NCBI GenBank assembly: GCA_964016885.1
Contig: OZ024740.1
Location: forward strand, 70,246,001-70,310,000
Source of the DNA: Eledone cirrhosa
Lineage: Eukaryota
Reading direction: 5' to 3'
DNA: 64,000 nt
Part shown: positions 13,776-28,659 of the stretch, piece after piece
How the letters are laid out: each line of letters starts with the position of its first letter
Numbering within the stretch: the first letter of the stretch is position 1
Translations under genes and position numbers: made by a program
The notes under the pieces: model-generated
Told to the model about the DNA's origin: nothing
What the model saw: only the letters and a program-made list of their open reading frames with translations
Database searches by the model: none

Positions 13776-14757
13776 TTGAATAGACAGATATTTAAAAAGA
13801 AAATGTATTTGAATAAACGAAGTCCCTGGTAGCGAACATGTTGTAAACCACAGAATGTTTGCAAATTGCGACAAAATAGGGTGTGCGTTTGTATGGGTAT
13901 GTGATTAAGAAATCATTTGGTATTTAAAACTGATGGGGCCCATCATTCCCTACCTCTGAACGCAACCAATTTTATTCAATCTGATAGAAGGAAACTGAGA
14001 AAGAGAGTTAGAGGAAGAATCAACACGAGGGATGGTCTCGAAAGTATGAATCAAAATTAACCTTTGTTAGATAGCGAGATGGACGTGTGCATGAATATGT
14101 GGTTAACAAATTCGCTTTGCAGTCACATGCTTCCGTGTTCCATCCCAACTATGCATTCGTTTACAAATATATATAAAATTCTATGATCTATTACAGAGAA
14201 TTACATACTTGTCTTTGTGACACATTAAGTTTTGTTTGCGATAAAAAAAATATTATGAACAAGTAGATATCATATAACGCGGCACTAGTCACGTGTTTAA
14301 TTGCATGCAAGTTGTGATATCTAAACAAGTAACGTAATACATTCTATTCGACGTCCTAACGAATCTGCCAATTCGGTCGCCTTCATTACTAGCATGTCAT
14401 ATACACAGAACTGCTAAACCATAATTGACCTGGGGTTACACAACAACAACAAATACAACATCAATAAATACAACAACAAGAAATACAACAACAATGACAA
14501 CATCATTAATAACATACCGAAACTATGTATGTTCGCTTAGTTTGCTCAATATAAAGTTAATACTTCTGCTAGTGTCGTTTAGCGTTCATGCGAAACAACA
14601 TATCTTATTTGTTTGCCAACTTTCTTGAGACGTTGCTCAGTTCCGGTTTAATATTGACATTCCTCAACTAAAACATGCAATTAAAAACCGTATTCACAAC
14701 TTATCTTATTTTCCTCTTCTTTCTCTCTCACACACATATACAAACACATACACGCGC

Positions 14758-14814
<57 letters not shown>

Positions 14815-14878
14815 ATATATATGTGTGTATACACACACACACACACGTATGTGTTTCTTTTTTATCCTTAGTGTCATT

Positions 14879-14910
<32 letters not shown>

Positions 14911-15043
14911 TATCATCCGCAAAAGCAACAAATTTGTTGTCATCATCACCGTTCATATTTTCGCCATCGTCATTCCCATCACAATTATCATCCTTGGAAT
15001 ATTTAATAATGCAATAGTTTACACTGTTGCTTGAAAGATATAT

Positions 15044-15074
<31 letters not shown>

Positions 15075-15082
15075 GTATTCAT

Positions 15083-15300
15083 TATGGATTGGCAGTATCG
15101 GTTCACGGTCGGACGCTATGCTTTGCAGCATAGAGTTACGGCCATTTATGATCTGAGTTTAAATCCCGCCGAGGTTAACTTTGCCTTTCATTCTTACGGA
15201 GTCGATAAAATAAAGTACCAGTCACGCACTGGGATCAATTTAATCGACTTTCTCCTCCCCAAAATTGCTGGCCTTGTGCCTATATAAGAAACCATTATTA
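15083..15300 (+). mobile_element. SINE, near full length (MetaSINE-like family)
   Basis: GGATTGGCAG head, GAGTTTAAATCCCGCCG, core, tail GGCCTTGTGCC..AGAAACCATTATTA. Confidence 0.8.
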
Positions 15301-17605
15301 TCTTTTTTTTTTTATTTTAAGAGTGATGGATTGTGAGAATCAGAACTTCATACAAACTGTATTACCGTGTTGGGACTCATTGCGTTCTTCGGTCAAATGC
15401 CACCGATGTGAACTTTGTTTTTCATTCTGTCCGAATCGATAAATAAGTACCAGTTCAGCAAAGGGTGGGAGATGGGTTTGCCGGATGGGTGCCATTTGGT
15501 ATCTGTGTGATTGTTCCAATATTGGAACAAGAAACTGAATTTGACAAAAAACAAAAAAAAAACGAAACGTAACGATTCTGGTCTTTTATCTATTGCCTTA
15601 GAAGGGCAAGTGATAGCGTGTTAATACAACGTAAATAGGTGACACAATTTGAATCGAACTACTTATTGATTCGATCAACAGTAACTTTTTTATCGCTTGG
15701 ATAGAAGATAGAGGGCAGCCCCGCTTACTTTAACATGACACCCATTGACTGGTGGGGAAAGAATAGGATAGGAAAATCCATTACACACAAATAATAAGCA
15801 AACTGGAGAACAGACGTGAATGCTTGCAACAGCCTGGACTCTGATAAAGTCCCCCGAAACGCCAGCTGGTTGTGTCAAGCCGGGAGGCAGTTTAAGTCCA
15901 TCAAGACCTATAATAAGACCTAGTTTTACCCAAGAACGGGCCCTGGTATGAATGCTTACATCAGAATGTACTCTGTTAAAAACATCCAATTGTTGACTAG
16001 CCAGTTTTGTTAAATAAGGCGATGGTTTAGGTAGTCACAAATTTACATAGATTTGTTTAATTTCATGCTCAATAGAAAACAATCATTTCTGGTCTAGGAC
16101 TTTAGAATTAATTAGAAATTGAATTGTATGTAGTGTTAACGTTCATGCATTTTCCATATCAGTTACACAAGAAAAAGTTTACTCATACGTTAAAATATAT
16201 TACTTTTTTTTATCTCGGGTAAGACACTGAAGGCGTGTACAGGTTTTCTGTTGCCATTTCAGTCAAGCATGACAGTGAATATTCATAGAGGAACATAGAG
16301 GAAAAAAAGTTACGATGTTCATGTCCTTTAAAAGAGTATTATCAAATTAACTGAAGAAATTCCATTCTATTCCATTTAACAGCTGAAAGCTTCAGTATTT
16401 TATTGCCGTCTTATGTATGCAAGTTGTAGACATACATATCTATGCTTAGCGCTTGAGGGTTAGATGGGGTGCCCCACTGGTTTGCTGATTAGGCGTGGCT
16501 TTTGCCATCTAAAGTAAAACAATAACGAAATACATTTTCACAACTACACAGTCACATACTTCACAAACCAAATTAATTTTTCTAATTTTAAATATAAAAT
16601 AAATTAAATGCATCTCCGGAGGTAACTACGATGAGTTCTCTATCGGTTTGATCAATGAAATAGCCTATTCGTTAGACTAACGAGTCAGTGGCCGAGCACC
16701 CCATATGCCCCTTTGAAGTACAATGACTTACAAAGAATTTTCGTGAAGTCATTTCATCCAAAAAATCACTTGCCAAAGGTTTCGCGCAGTGAGATTGAAC
16801 CTAGACTCTCATGAATGTGAAGCAAACGTCTTAGTATTTTCCATAAGCTGCGTCATTGCATCCAAATATGTCTTATAGCAATTAAACACATTATTACCTT
16901 AGTAAGAGCAAATACCAGCACGCCCTTTTATTGTTCATTTGAATTATAATTTCCTAAAATTCTGATATAAGTTTTCAACTTTATACAACAGCATGATATA
17001 ACATCAAATTGCAAGTCACACTTATTCACACGAACTATATAAATGGAGAACGATGAGGTCACATGACCGTGCACTACGTAGCACTCTAATTGTAAACACG
17101 AAACAAGAAATATCCTCAAGAATTTCTGAATACGAAATCAAACTTGAATTCGTTCGGCAACAAAAAGATTAATACCCAGAGCATACACACACATATATGA
17201 ACAGGTGTGCGCATACACAGCTCACACACACAACACACACACATATACACAGATAAGCATACACATTGATCACATATACATACATACACATATTCTCTCA
17301 CACACCGGATTTCCGATTAGGATGAGCTCATTATTGGAAAGGATATGAATATATAAAAGAAATCTTTCGAGATACACCTTGAGTCATCATACCTTCGATT
17401 ATCGATGTTTGCAATGACTATATTAATGATAGTAGTGGCGGTGAAAAATTAGTGCCATTAATATTGTTGTTGTTGTTGTTGTCATTAATAATATTATCAT
17501 TATTATTATCATTATTATTATTATTTTTATTATTATTATTACTATTGCCATTAACTGTGATGACGATGATGGCGATGAAGAGGAGCAGCAGGGGGAAGAA
17601 TTGTA

Positions 17606-17637
<32 letters not shown>

Positions 17638-18814
17638 GGCGATGATGATGATGATGATGAGGAGGAGGGGAGGGGGGGGGGGGGGGGGGGGGTGATGCTC
17701 ATCATCATGAAAATGGATTGTGATGATGATGAAGATGATGATGATGGCGTTGACAATGACAGCATCAACAATAATTGAATTCAATAGTGGCGCAACTAGT
17801 GTTTTCATTGAAATGCACGCCTGAAAATGACAAAAGGAACATGTTTTACACTCAATGACCTTCTACATTTGAAATCATCCACCACAATCCCCGCTATCAT
17901 CAGTATTACCACCAACATCACCACAATCACCACCACCATTAACATCACTACCACTATCACCACGTCATTCTTTATAAAATAGACACAGCTCATAATATAA
18001 AAGCAGCTAATGGTATAAGAACACAGAGTTTTAATAAACTGCTATGGGGGTTTAGTTATGAATTTCATTGTTTTTCTTCCATTTATCTATAAAGAACTCT
18101 GCTTCTTGACTAGGTGGTAGTGTTAAATAAGGCAATAAATGTTAATTTAAATGTTTGTGTTATTTTCATGTGCGTGCCCTGTGCATATGTGTGCATGTGA
18201 TTGTATGTGCGTGTATACAGTTGTATGTATATGAAAGAAGCGAGGTTTTCATAGGTGAAATGCTTTTGATTATAAGAAAAGCATGGAGCTGATCGTCAGA
18301 TCGGACCAAGCAAAGTATGTTTCTATTGCTCGTTCCGTTGCTGATAGTATTTGCTGATAGCAACACCTAGCAGAACCTTTACCACGTCTACTATAACAGG
18401 AGGTTAGATTTGAACTGAGAACACTCAGATATCTTAAAGCATCCCGTTAGATTATTTATCAATTCCGCCAATCTACTGCTTCTTCTAAACGGGTACAACA
18501 ACCTATTCATATAGGTGGCTAATCAGAAACACTACAAAACAGTTCATGTAAATCCACCCTTAAACCGGAATCATGAGGAAACTCGGTTAGAGTCCTTACA
18601 CTTTATGAAATTAATTAAATAGTTTGTCTTAACTACTCTTGGACCCACAAATATTAATGGTTTAGTAGAGGCCATTTTGTTAGAGTTGTAACAAAAAATA
18701 AATAGCAATATTGTCGTTGTCATATAATCCATGTAGTAAATGCAGAATCCATTCCTCTCCAGGGCCAGACTATAACCGATTTCTGCCAGAAGGTGAAAGA
18801 ACATAAAGTGTCCC

Positions 18815-18960
18815 CTGGCAAGTATTTTATTTTATCGACCTCGAAATAATGAGAGGCAAATTTGACCTCGGTGGAATTTTTTAATTCAGAGCTTAGAGAC
18901 CCAGAACATCTGCCACAAGCCATTCTATCCGACGTGCTAAAGAGTCTGCCATCCCCTCTC
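18815..18960 (-). mobile_element. Diverged SINE copy
   Basis: Reverse complement of the core (TTTTATCGACCTCG..GGCAAATTTGACCTCGGTGG). Confidence 0.6.
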
Positions 18961-19579
18961 CTGCTCATTTTCTTCATGAACAGGATTGACAGAATTTTGA
19001 AAATAATAAAAAGAAATGTGTAAGGATTGAGTAATATACCTAACAATGTCATTTTTAAGTCTGTGTTTGAAGCATAACTTAAAATATCCTTACATGTAAT
19101 TATGATGTCAGGTTTAAACTTAAATATCTACACCTTGTATAATGAAACTAGGGGTAACTTTCAAGCAATTTGGTATTAGAAAGGTTTAAATAACTATAGG
19201 ACGTTAAATACCAAACAGTTGCAGTAAATATTCCTGATACCGACATAAAACATAGAAACTAAGAGTCATTACATTACGCAAACATCGCTCATCCACTCTC
19301 GCATTCAGTCATCCTTGTACGTCAATGTCTGAAACGCCGCCACTAAGAAATTTCCAAATTTCGATAATGGCTTATTGTTCCAGTCACCATTCCAGAGAGT
19401 AAATATGTGATTTGAGCAAGCATTAAAAAATATACTGATTACCTACAGTGAGGTGTTAAATATCAAATATTAATAGACACCTTATAACAATCAGTATAAT
19501 CGATATTGATAAATACGAAGCATTAACCAATGAGATCAATGCAATCTCTCTGCCAATATATACATATATACATATATAC

Positions 19580-19657
<78 letters not shown>

Positions 19658-19671
19658 ATATATATATATAT

Positions 19672-19864
19672 ATAGGAAAAAGTATGACCCCGACGGCAGA
19701 GCTCAAGCCGTTTCGACGGCTATTTCTGGACTAGAAATAGCCGTCGAAACGGCTTGAGCTCTGCCGTCGGGGTCATACTTTTTCCTATTTTCCACTCTAC
19801 TACCCTAAGTATTGAGTACTCTGGTGCGTTATGGTCCATCTGGTTCCTTACCACAATTCCTTTG

Positions 19865-19866
<2 letters not shown>
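19672..19866. mobile_element. Asymmetric palindromic PLE-terminus insert pivoting in hammerhead stem II
   Basis: IR 19672-19788 centred at 19730; right arm has GAAAC GGC..GCC GTC (HHR 3' half); tail 19789-19866 with GTATTGAGTACTC; (TA)n on both sides. Confidence 0.75.
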
Positions 19867-19936
<70 letters not shown>

Positions 19937-20015
19937 TCTTTTACTCTTTTACCCTTTTACCTGTTCCAGCCATCCGTATATATATATATATATTTTTTTT
20001 ATTTTACAGAAGGAG

Positions 20016-20062
20016 CTTCTACAGGACTATTACTGTTTCATTCAGATGAAATCTTCAGGAAG
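20016..20062 (-). ncRNA. Type I hammerhead ribozyme
   Basis: CTTC CTGAAGA TTTCA TC TGAAT GAAA CAG..CTG TA GAAG on the minus strand. Confidence 0.75.
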
Positions 20063-20065
20063 GGG

Positions 20066-20112
20066 CTTCCTGAAGATTTCATCTGAATGAAACAGTACTA
20101 GTCCTGTAGAAG
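20066..20112 (+). ncRNA. Type I hammerhead ribozyme
   Basis: CTTC CTGAAGA TTTCA TC TGAAT GAAA CAG TACTAGTC CTG TA GAAG: stems I, II, III and a GUA site. Confidence 0.8.
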
Positions 20113-20199
20113 CTCCTTCTATAAAATAAAAAATTTTACTCTGCCATGTATTGAGTACCTTACTTACTGTGGTTATCCCCAACTCAACCCGAGACCTAC

Positions 20200-20264
<65 letters not shown>

Positions 20265-20394
20265 GCATTAATATAATTCCTGAGCCACCCATGTGTGAAA
20301 CGGTCATAACTATGTATTAATATAATCAATAAAGACCTCAATGTCAAACCTCACTTATATATATATATATATATGTGAGTGTGTGAGTGAGTGA

Positions 20395-20506
<112 letters not shown>

Positions 20507-20845
20507 GTGTGTGTATACATAATGATTTTCTGTCTTACCTTTGAGTCCTTACCATTTCGACATGTGGATGACTACATGTCACCTACTTACTATCAAAACA
20601 ATAATAGAGTAGACCCCCGTAGAGCAGATTACTAATCATGCGAGTACTCAATACGGGGAGACACGAGCCGCAACTGCTTGGCACTGCGGTTGAGATTTTA
20701 CATATCTCTCTCTCTCTGTCACCCCCACCCTCTCTCCGTATTATATATATATATGCATCTCCATCAATTGATAATGAATATACCGACTACTGAAAAAAAA
20801 ATTGATATAACACCTGACTCTATGCTGAAAATCTTGTCATTCTTA

Positions 20846-21225
20846 CCCTGTAAGGATGAAAGGCAAAGCTAACCTCAGTTCAAATCCCACTGAGGTTAGC
20901 TTTGCCTTTCATTCTTACGGGGTCGATAAAATAAAGTAGCATTAATACCCTGGGGTAATAGCTGGCCTTGTGCCAAAAGTAGAAACAAATATTATATAAC
21001 AGGCGGTGGATTGGCATTATTATATAACAGGGCGGTGGATTGGCAGTATCGGAAGAGGGTCGGGCGCCATGCTTTGACGCATAGAGTTACGGCCCTTGCC
21101 ATTCTGAGTTCAAATCCCGCCGAGGTTAACTTTGTCTTTCGTCCTTACGGGGTCGATAAAATAAAGTACCAGTAATACACTGGTTTATTGCTGGCCTTGT
21201 GCCAAACGTAGAAACAATTTTTATA
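20846..21225 (+). mobile_element. SINE cluster: fold-back partial copy plus full copy (21030-21225)
   Basis: Core and tail repeated twice; duplicated head GGCGGTGGATTGGCA at about 21002 and 21031. Confidence 0.8.
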
Positions 21226-21417
21226 TAACAGGGATGCAGCCGTTGTAATACATGCACAGTCCAGGTACACTGTTGAAAAAGACTAGATAGTGTATAACAG
21301 AACAAAGTTTGACTATCAACAACTAAACCACCATGTGGGTATTAACAAACCGACAGGAGATTATAAAAATATTAAAGTGAAACCCAACTCTGTGTTTTTA
21401 TTGGCATCATGACTCTT

Positions 21418-21476
<59 letters not shown>

Positions 21477-21479
21477 AGA

Positions 21480-22605
21480 ATGGGCCCAAACTATGCCAAC
21501 CTTTTTGTTGGCCATGTTGAGGCCCAAATCTTTGCCCAGTACACCGGCCCCACGCCCGAACTGTACGGTCGTTACATCGACGACTGTATCGGAGCCACGA
21601 CCCTCACCCGAGAACAGCTCGACTCCTTTCTCTCCTTCTTCTGCTCCTTCCACCCCTCCCTCCACTTCACCACCTCTATCTCTACCACCCACGTCCACTT
21701 CTTAGACATCTCCGTCGCCTTCGACCCCTCCCACCACTCCCTCGTCACCTCCGCCTTCTTCAAACCCACCGACTCCCACTCTTACCTCGACTTCACCTCT
21801 TCCCACCCCACACACACTAAACACTCCATTCCCTACTCCCAACTCCTCAGGATCCGCCGCCTCTATTGCCGAGATCCTGACTTCGAGTCCCAGGCCCTTT
21901 CCCTAGTCAACCATTTCATCCGCAGAGGTTACCCCCCACTCTCGTCCACACCGCTCTCACCCGCGTCCGTGCTGTACACCGCTCCGCCACCCTCACCCCA
22001 CGCCACGGCACACGCACCCACCGTCTCCTCTTCCCCATCACCTACCACCCCTCCACCATACCCCTCCACCGCACCATCCTCCGCCTCTTCCGACGCCTCC
22101 AGTCCGACCCCTCCATCTCCCACATCTTCCCATCCCCACCACTCCCCTCCTTCAAACGCGCACGCAATCTCCGCACCCTCCTCGTCCACAGCTCCCTACC
22201 CCCCAACCCACGCCCCCCCCCCCCGGTTCATTTCCCTGTTCTAGGCCCCGCTGCAACACCTGTCCCTACATCACCAACACCACCACCTTCCAGGGTCCCA
22301 ACGGCCACTCTCTCTCTGTCCGGCATGCCTTCCGCTGCACCTCCTCCAACCTAGTCTACGGACAGACTGGACGTCGCCTGGCGGACAGATTTACTGAGCA
22401 CCTCCGGGATATTCGTCTCGGTGGTAGTTCCCCCATCGCCCGCCACTTTGGTGCCCCTGGACATTCCGCACACCATCTCACAGTCTGTGGCCTACTCCAA
22501 TGCCACGGAACACCCGCCAATCTCCTAAGAGTTGAACAACGAACCATCTTCATCTTACAGACCCACACTCCCCCTGGCCTGAACTCCCCACCTTTATTCC
22601 ATTAG
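21480..22605 (+). pseudogene. PLE RT (C-terminal half) + Zn finger + GIY-YIG endonuclease, frameshifted
   Basis: MGPNYANLFVG, YGRYIDD, FLD, KPTDSHSYL, SIPYSQLLRIRR; after frameshifts near 21940 and later: PCSRPRCNTC..NLVY|GQTGRRLADRFTEH..PGLN. Confidence 0.85.
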
Positions 22606-23867
22606 CCTTCGACCGCCCCCCTCCCCCCACACCTATCCCACACTAACAACACTAACACACCCCTCCTTTTCACCGCCCACCCCACAATTAACAATACTAA
22701 CACCTCCACCCCACATCCGACCACTCTTCCCCAACTAACATACTAACATCCCTCCCTTCTTCTCCTCCCCCCTCCTTATCACACGCACACACCCACCGGC
22801 ACATATATACACGCGCTCAAACTAAACACACGCCCTACTACCACCACTAACCCTCACCCCCACACATCCACCCCATCACCCCGCAACTAACATCACTAAC
22901 ACCCCCTGACCCCAAGCACACGAACACACACACCCACTTACACTACCCACCCTACACGCAACTAACATCACTAACACCCCCCAACCCTACGCACACGTAC
23001 ACACAAACCCTTTTACACCACCCACTCTACACACCCTACCACCACTGACCCCCACTCACACCCGCATTCAACCCTTTCTCCACCTCCTGTATACTAACAC
23101 CCACTAACAGCCCCTTCACCAAACACACACACCAGTACACTACACTCCCTCCATCGGCCCGCACACACAGACACACAACACTCCTCCTGCCTTGACCCTC
23201 TGACCACTTCCTGTTGCGCGCGCACCCCACATCTCCCCTCTTCCGACTAATCTCTTCACGGATTACACGTATGTGAACCTTGATCCCGGAATCCACCACA
23301 TCCCAAGGATCTTACTAAGCATTCCACCACATCGTCTACGGAATTACCTTTATGACTCACCCACACACACACACACCCAAAAAAAATGTTTCCCACACGC
23401 CACCTACACCCACAACACGCATAAACACCACACACACACGTGCGTACCACCACATATTTACACATTCAGCCTCCGGAATCCTCTCCCCCTCCCACCCCTC
23501 TATCCACACACACACACACACTCTGACCTACACCACACCCCACACACACCTCTTCCTGAACATGCAACTCCGTTCTTCCCCCAACCCTTGCTTTCACATA
23601 CACACACACACACACGTACACCTACACACACACACCAACTTCAGCCCTCCACGCTCGGACACCCCGTCTCCCTCTCCCCACTCCACCCGCCACCACCCCT
23701 ACACGCCCCACACCCTTCCACCACCTGTTTTACTCCATTTTAATTTTATTTTGATCATGCCTTTATTTTTTATTTCATTTGCACCGTTTCCTCTCACCAC
23801 CTTTTTGCTATATGTCTCTCCACCACTCCCCTACACACCCTTTGAACTCTCTTCCCACACACTTTTC

Positions 23868-23899
23868 ACCTGAAGAAGGGCTTATGCCCGAAACGTCGT
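23868..23899 (+). ncRNA. Minimal hammerhead ribozyme (PLE pseudo-LTR type)
   Basis: AC CTGAAGA AGGG CTTATG CCC GAAAC GTC GT; loopless stem III of the kind proposed to work as dimers. Confidence 0.75.
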
Positions 23900-23986
23900 T
23901 CCCCATCACCACCCCACTCTCAAGAGCGTGAAATTAATAAACATTTGTTTGTACTGCCTCTCTGTTTTGTTCCCGTTCAATTTTTC

Positions 23987-24614
<628 letters not shown>

Positions 24615-24776
24615 AGGTTTGACATTGAGGTCTTTATTGATTATATTAAAATGACCGTTTCATAAATGGGTGGCTCAGGAATCATATTAGTGCTATAGAC
24701 CCGACTCAAGTCCGATCTGCTCATTAGACCTTTCAAACAAACAACACAAAATCTACTGAACTAATTATCGTTATTA

Positions 24777-24809
<33 letters not shown>

Positions 24810-24980
24810 ATGTGTTTGTGTGCGTATGTGTGTGTTCATAATTCTTGTAATCTAAATTCATCGATGAAATATATCGATTTCTGAAATATATCGATTTCTG
24901 TTTGTATATGTGGATGTGGGTTCTGACAGATGTGTGTCTTTGTTTGCAAGATGATGGGCGTAAAGACAATTTCAGCTCTC

Positions 24981-25071
<91 letters not shown>

Positions 25072-25152
25072 GTATATATAAACACACACACACACATACA
25101 CACACACATATGTGTATATATGTAAGTATATATATATAAATATATATACTTA

Positions 25153-25357
25153 TATATTATAAAGAGTCGGGAACCGACGGCTGAGCTCTTGCCGTTTCAA
25201 CAGCTACTTCCAGACTGGAAATAATAGTTGAAACGGCAAGAGATCACAGCCGTCAGGTCCCGACTCTTTATAATATAAGTACACTCTACTATTCCAAGTA
25301 TCGAGTACTCTGTTGAGTAATGGCCTCACAAGCTTCAAAGTGATTCCATCGTCATTT
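25153..25357. mobile_element. Asymmetric palindromic PLE-terminus insert (related to 19672)
   Basis: IR 25153-25277 centred on CCAG-A-CTGG at 25214; GAAACGGC..GCCGTC; tail with GTATCGAGTACTC. Confidence 0.75.
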
Positions 25358-25453
25358 ATATATGATCTAAGGGGCATGTCTTTGGCCCTGTGCATGAATA
25401 TGCGTAAGGTGGAAGGGTTTTGCATTTGTTGATGATGTGGGATACATACATAC

Positions 25454-25530
<77 letters not shown>

Positions 25531-25535
<5 letters not shown>

Positions 25536-26001
25536 ATACTTGGGGAGGGTCATATTTGTGTGATAATATTGCCAGAATTAATAACAGAACACACTCACTG
25601 TTTGGTTGGTTTTCGCTTCTGTGTCCTTTATATCGGTTAATTTTATTTATTCTTTCATGATGGCGTAGGCATACAATGCAACGGGAGGAAACATAATAGC
25701 ACCACTGACGATGTTGCAGTTGTGCAACGAAAGAACTTTGTTACCCTATATATATGTGTTTGTGTCTATATTGTATCTGTATTTTTGACCGTTGGTCAGT
25801 CAATGGTAACATTGAGGACCGAATAAATTAAATTAACCGATATAAAGGACACAGAAGCGAAAACCAACCAAACAGTGAGTGTGTTCTGTTATTAATTCTG
25901 GCAATATTATCACACAAATATGACCCTCCCCAAGTATCACAATATTTGTTTCGACACACGATTTCATATCAAAAACCTCGCAAAACTAATTCATCGCCGT
26001 T
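25531..26001. mobile_element. Asymmetric palindromic PLE-terminus insert with hammerhead
   Basis: 25531-25643 is the reverse complement of about 25829-25942; HHR CTGACGA TGTTGCA..TGCAAC GAAAG at 25705-25740; tail 25943-26001; ATGACCCTCCC..AGTAT end shared with 24502, 40238 and 42870. Confidence 0.8.
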
Positions 26002-26019
26002 ATATATATATATATATAT

Positions 26020-26246
26020 ATAAAAGTAATATATATGAGTAATATATATGATGAAACAGATACCAACATATCTGTATTTATATTGCAAAAGAAAGTTAGC
26101 CAGACTGGCTAACTTTCTTTTGCAATATAAATACAGATATGTTGGTATCTGTTTCATCATATATATTACTCATATATATTACTTTTATACACGGCTCAGG
26201 AATATTTCCTTTCGAGCTAATTCCATTGTAAAAGAATTCCTTACAC

Positions 26247-26250
<4 letters not shown>
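26020..26250. repeat. Near-perfect palindrome (about 85-bp arms) with 60-nt tail, flanked by (TA)n
   Basis: Centre TTAGCCAG-A-CTGGCTAA at about 26104; tail 26190-26250. Confidence 0.85.
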
Positions 26251-26337
<87 letters not shown>

Positions 26338-26399
26338 GGAAACAATACTTTGCTGATCTAAACCCGGTCACAACAATATCTTCCAAAATGCATGAAGTG

Positions 26400-26775
26400 C
26401 ATCCGGGAGCGACGATTAATGATTAACCTCTCGAAGGATGAGGAATTAAAGCGCTCAAATGTGGCAAGCCCACGAGGAAGAATGAAATTCGGCCCGAGAT
26501 GTTAAAAGCCATAAATAGAGATGGTATTCTCTGGCTGGTTCATGTATGCTAGGGAGCCTGAATCTCTGGAAAGGCACTTAGGCAATGCCAATCTGGAATG
26601 ATAATCCAAAACTTCAAAAAGGGAGACAAGAGAGATTGGTCCAATTACAGAGGAATTTCCTTGTTAAGCCTGACCGATAAATTATATGCCAAGTGTCTGG
26701 CAAAGAGATGTAGAAATATTGTCGAGTCCAATCTAGCTAATAGTGTGATTTTCGCCCTGGATGCAGCACATCCTA
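26400..26775 (+). pseudogene. RTE-like LINE reverse transcriptase fragment
   Basis: EIRPEMLKA..FKKGDKRDWSNYRGISLLS..KLYAKCL..FRPG, with frameshifts. Confidence 0.75.
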
Positions 26776-26894
26776 TCTGCCAATAAAATAAGTGTTCAGA
26801 CCTAGAGAGGGTTTTAAAATGCCCAACGCACGGTGTATTTTACTGCAGCGCCCCAGTGACTCCATCATGACATCATGAGTTACAAGTCCATATA

Positions 26895-26950
<56 letters not shown>

Positions 26951-26951
26951 G

Positions 26952-27040
<89 letters not shown>

Positions 27041-27044
<4 letters not shown>

Positions 27045-27365
27045 TTTACGTATCGAGAAAGAGAGAAAAAAAGGAGGGATAGGTGATACATATAGTTATT
27101 TGCCAAGTAGCGTATGCCAAAGGTGCTCGATACTAGTGCCGGCAGTATTAAATATTCGAAGTGTTAATATTTAGTGGGCTAGAGAGTTAGCAGAGCGTAA
27201 GCACGTGGGAAAGTGAAAAATCGGAGAATAGACCGTTAAAACATGTTTATTTAAGATATCACCTACGTACGTTTCGCCCAGTTGGGCTTCTCAAGGGCAT
27301 AAACAATCACAAGTGTTCCTTATATAGTTCGGAAAGAGTTTTGGGGGTTAAATCCACATCAAGGT
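27041..27365 (-). mobile_element. PLE-like terminal fragment with variant hammerhead
   Basis: Minus strand: TTGAGAA GCCCA AC TGGGC GAAAC GTAC GTA GG at 27261-27297; GTATCGAGCACC tail motif at 27121-27133; ends in (TA)n. Confidence 0.55.
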
Positions 27366-27390
27366 ATGTATATATATATTGGTAAACGGA

Positions 27391-28008
27391 ATAGTAATAA
27401 TAATAAATTTGAATACTAAAATCCAAGGAGGGCTCGATAAGGATAAATATATATCAGATATATAAGAACTGTAGAGCAAATATTTATTAAAATAACAGAT
27501 TAAAGTTTAAGCAAAGAATCGCTGCTTTCACCCTTAACGGGATCTTCTGAAACTAAAAAAGTCAATCTATGAACGCAGAAGTAAATATTTCAAAAAACGT
27601 TGCAGCCGAAGGAAGACAGGAAGACGATACTTTGGTTCGTGGAAACGTTCCTTGGCAAAGAACGGAAAAAAACAAAGATAATACGTCATTATTTGGTGCG
27701 GTGAAAACAATTACACGCAAAGACAAAACCACGTTTATGATATAACTGAAGTCGTAGACTAATGTTCTATTAGGTGGTTCATGGAGACATTCTCTGGCAA
27801 TGAACGGAAAAAACAAAGATAATACGTCGATATGTGGAGCAAAGAGAACAATTACATGCAAGGACAAAACCACGTAAATGGTATAACTGAAGTCGTAGAC
27901 TAAAATTCTATTTAGGAAACCGAATGATTCTCGGCTTCAGAGTTAAGAATTAAGAAGATCCCGTTAAGGGTGAAAGCAGTGATTCTTTGCTTAAACTTTA
28001 ATCTGTTA

Positions 28009-28015
<7 letters not shown>
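27391..28015. mobile_element. Family A asymmetric inverted insert
   Basis: Long minus arm 27391-27950 ends at the tail (TTATTATTATTACTAT); short plus arm 27953-28015 ends at the internal CTGTTATTTTAA site; internal tandem duplication of about 130 bp. Confidence 0.8.

Positions 28016-28659
<644 letters not shown>

Larger units (their letters stand above)
19993..20200. mobile_element. Asymmetric palindromic PLE-terminus insert with two intact-looking hammerheads
   Basis: IR 19993-20133 centred at 20064; tail 20134-20200 with GTATTGAGTACC; (TA)n on both sides. Confidence 0.8.
21475..23988 (+). mobile_element. 5'-truncated Penelope-like element with long C-rich 3' UTR and terminal hammerhead
   Basis: RT motifs MGPNYANLF and RYIDD; GIY-YIG remnant; HHR at 23868-23899; AATAAA; (TA)n on both sides. 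Confidence 0.88.

Noticed and set aside
15838-15870. CTGATAA..CGAAAC hammerhead-like string
   Set aside because: There is no credible stem II or cleavage triplet.
17418-17993. Acidic and low-complexity ORFs
   Set aside because: They are (GAT)n, (ATT)n and poly-G repeats with no recognisable domain or splice support.
27600-27950. Repeated units superficially like a CRISPR array
   Set aside because: There are only two units of about 130 bp, no unique spacers, a eukaryotic context and no cas genes.
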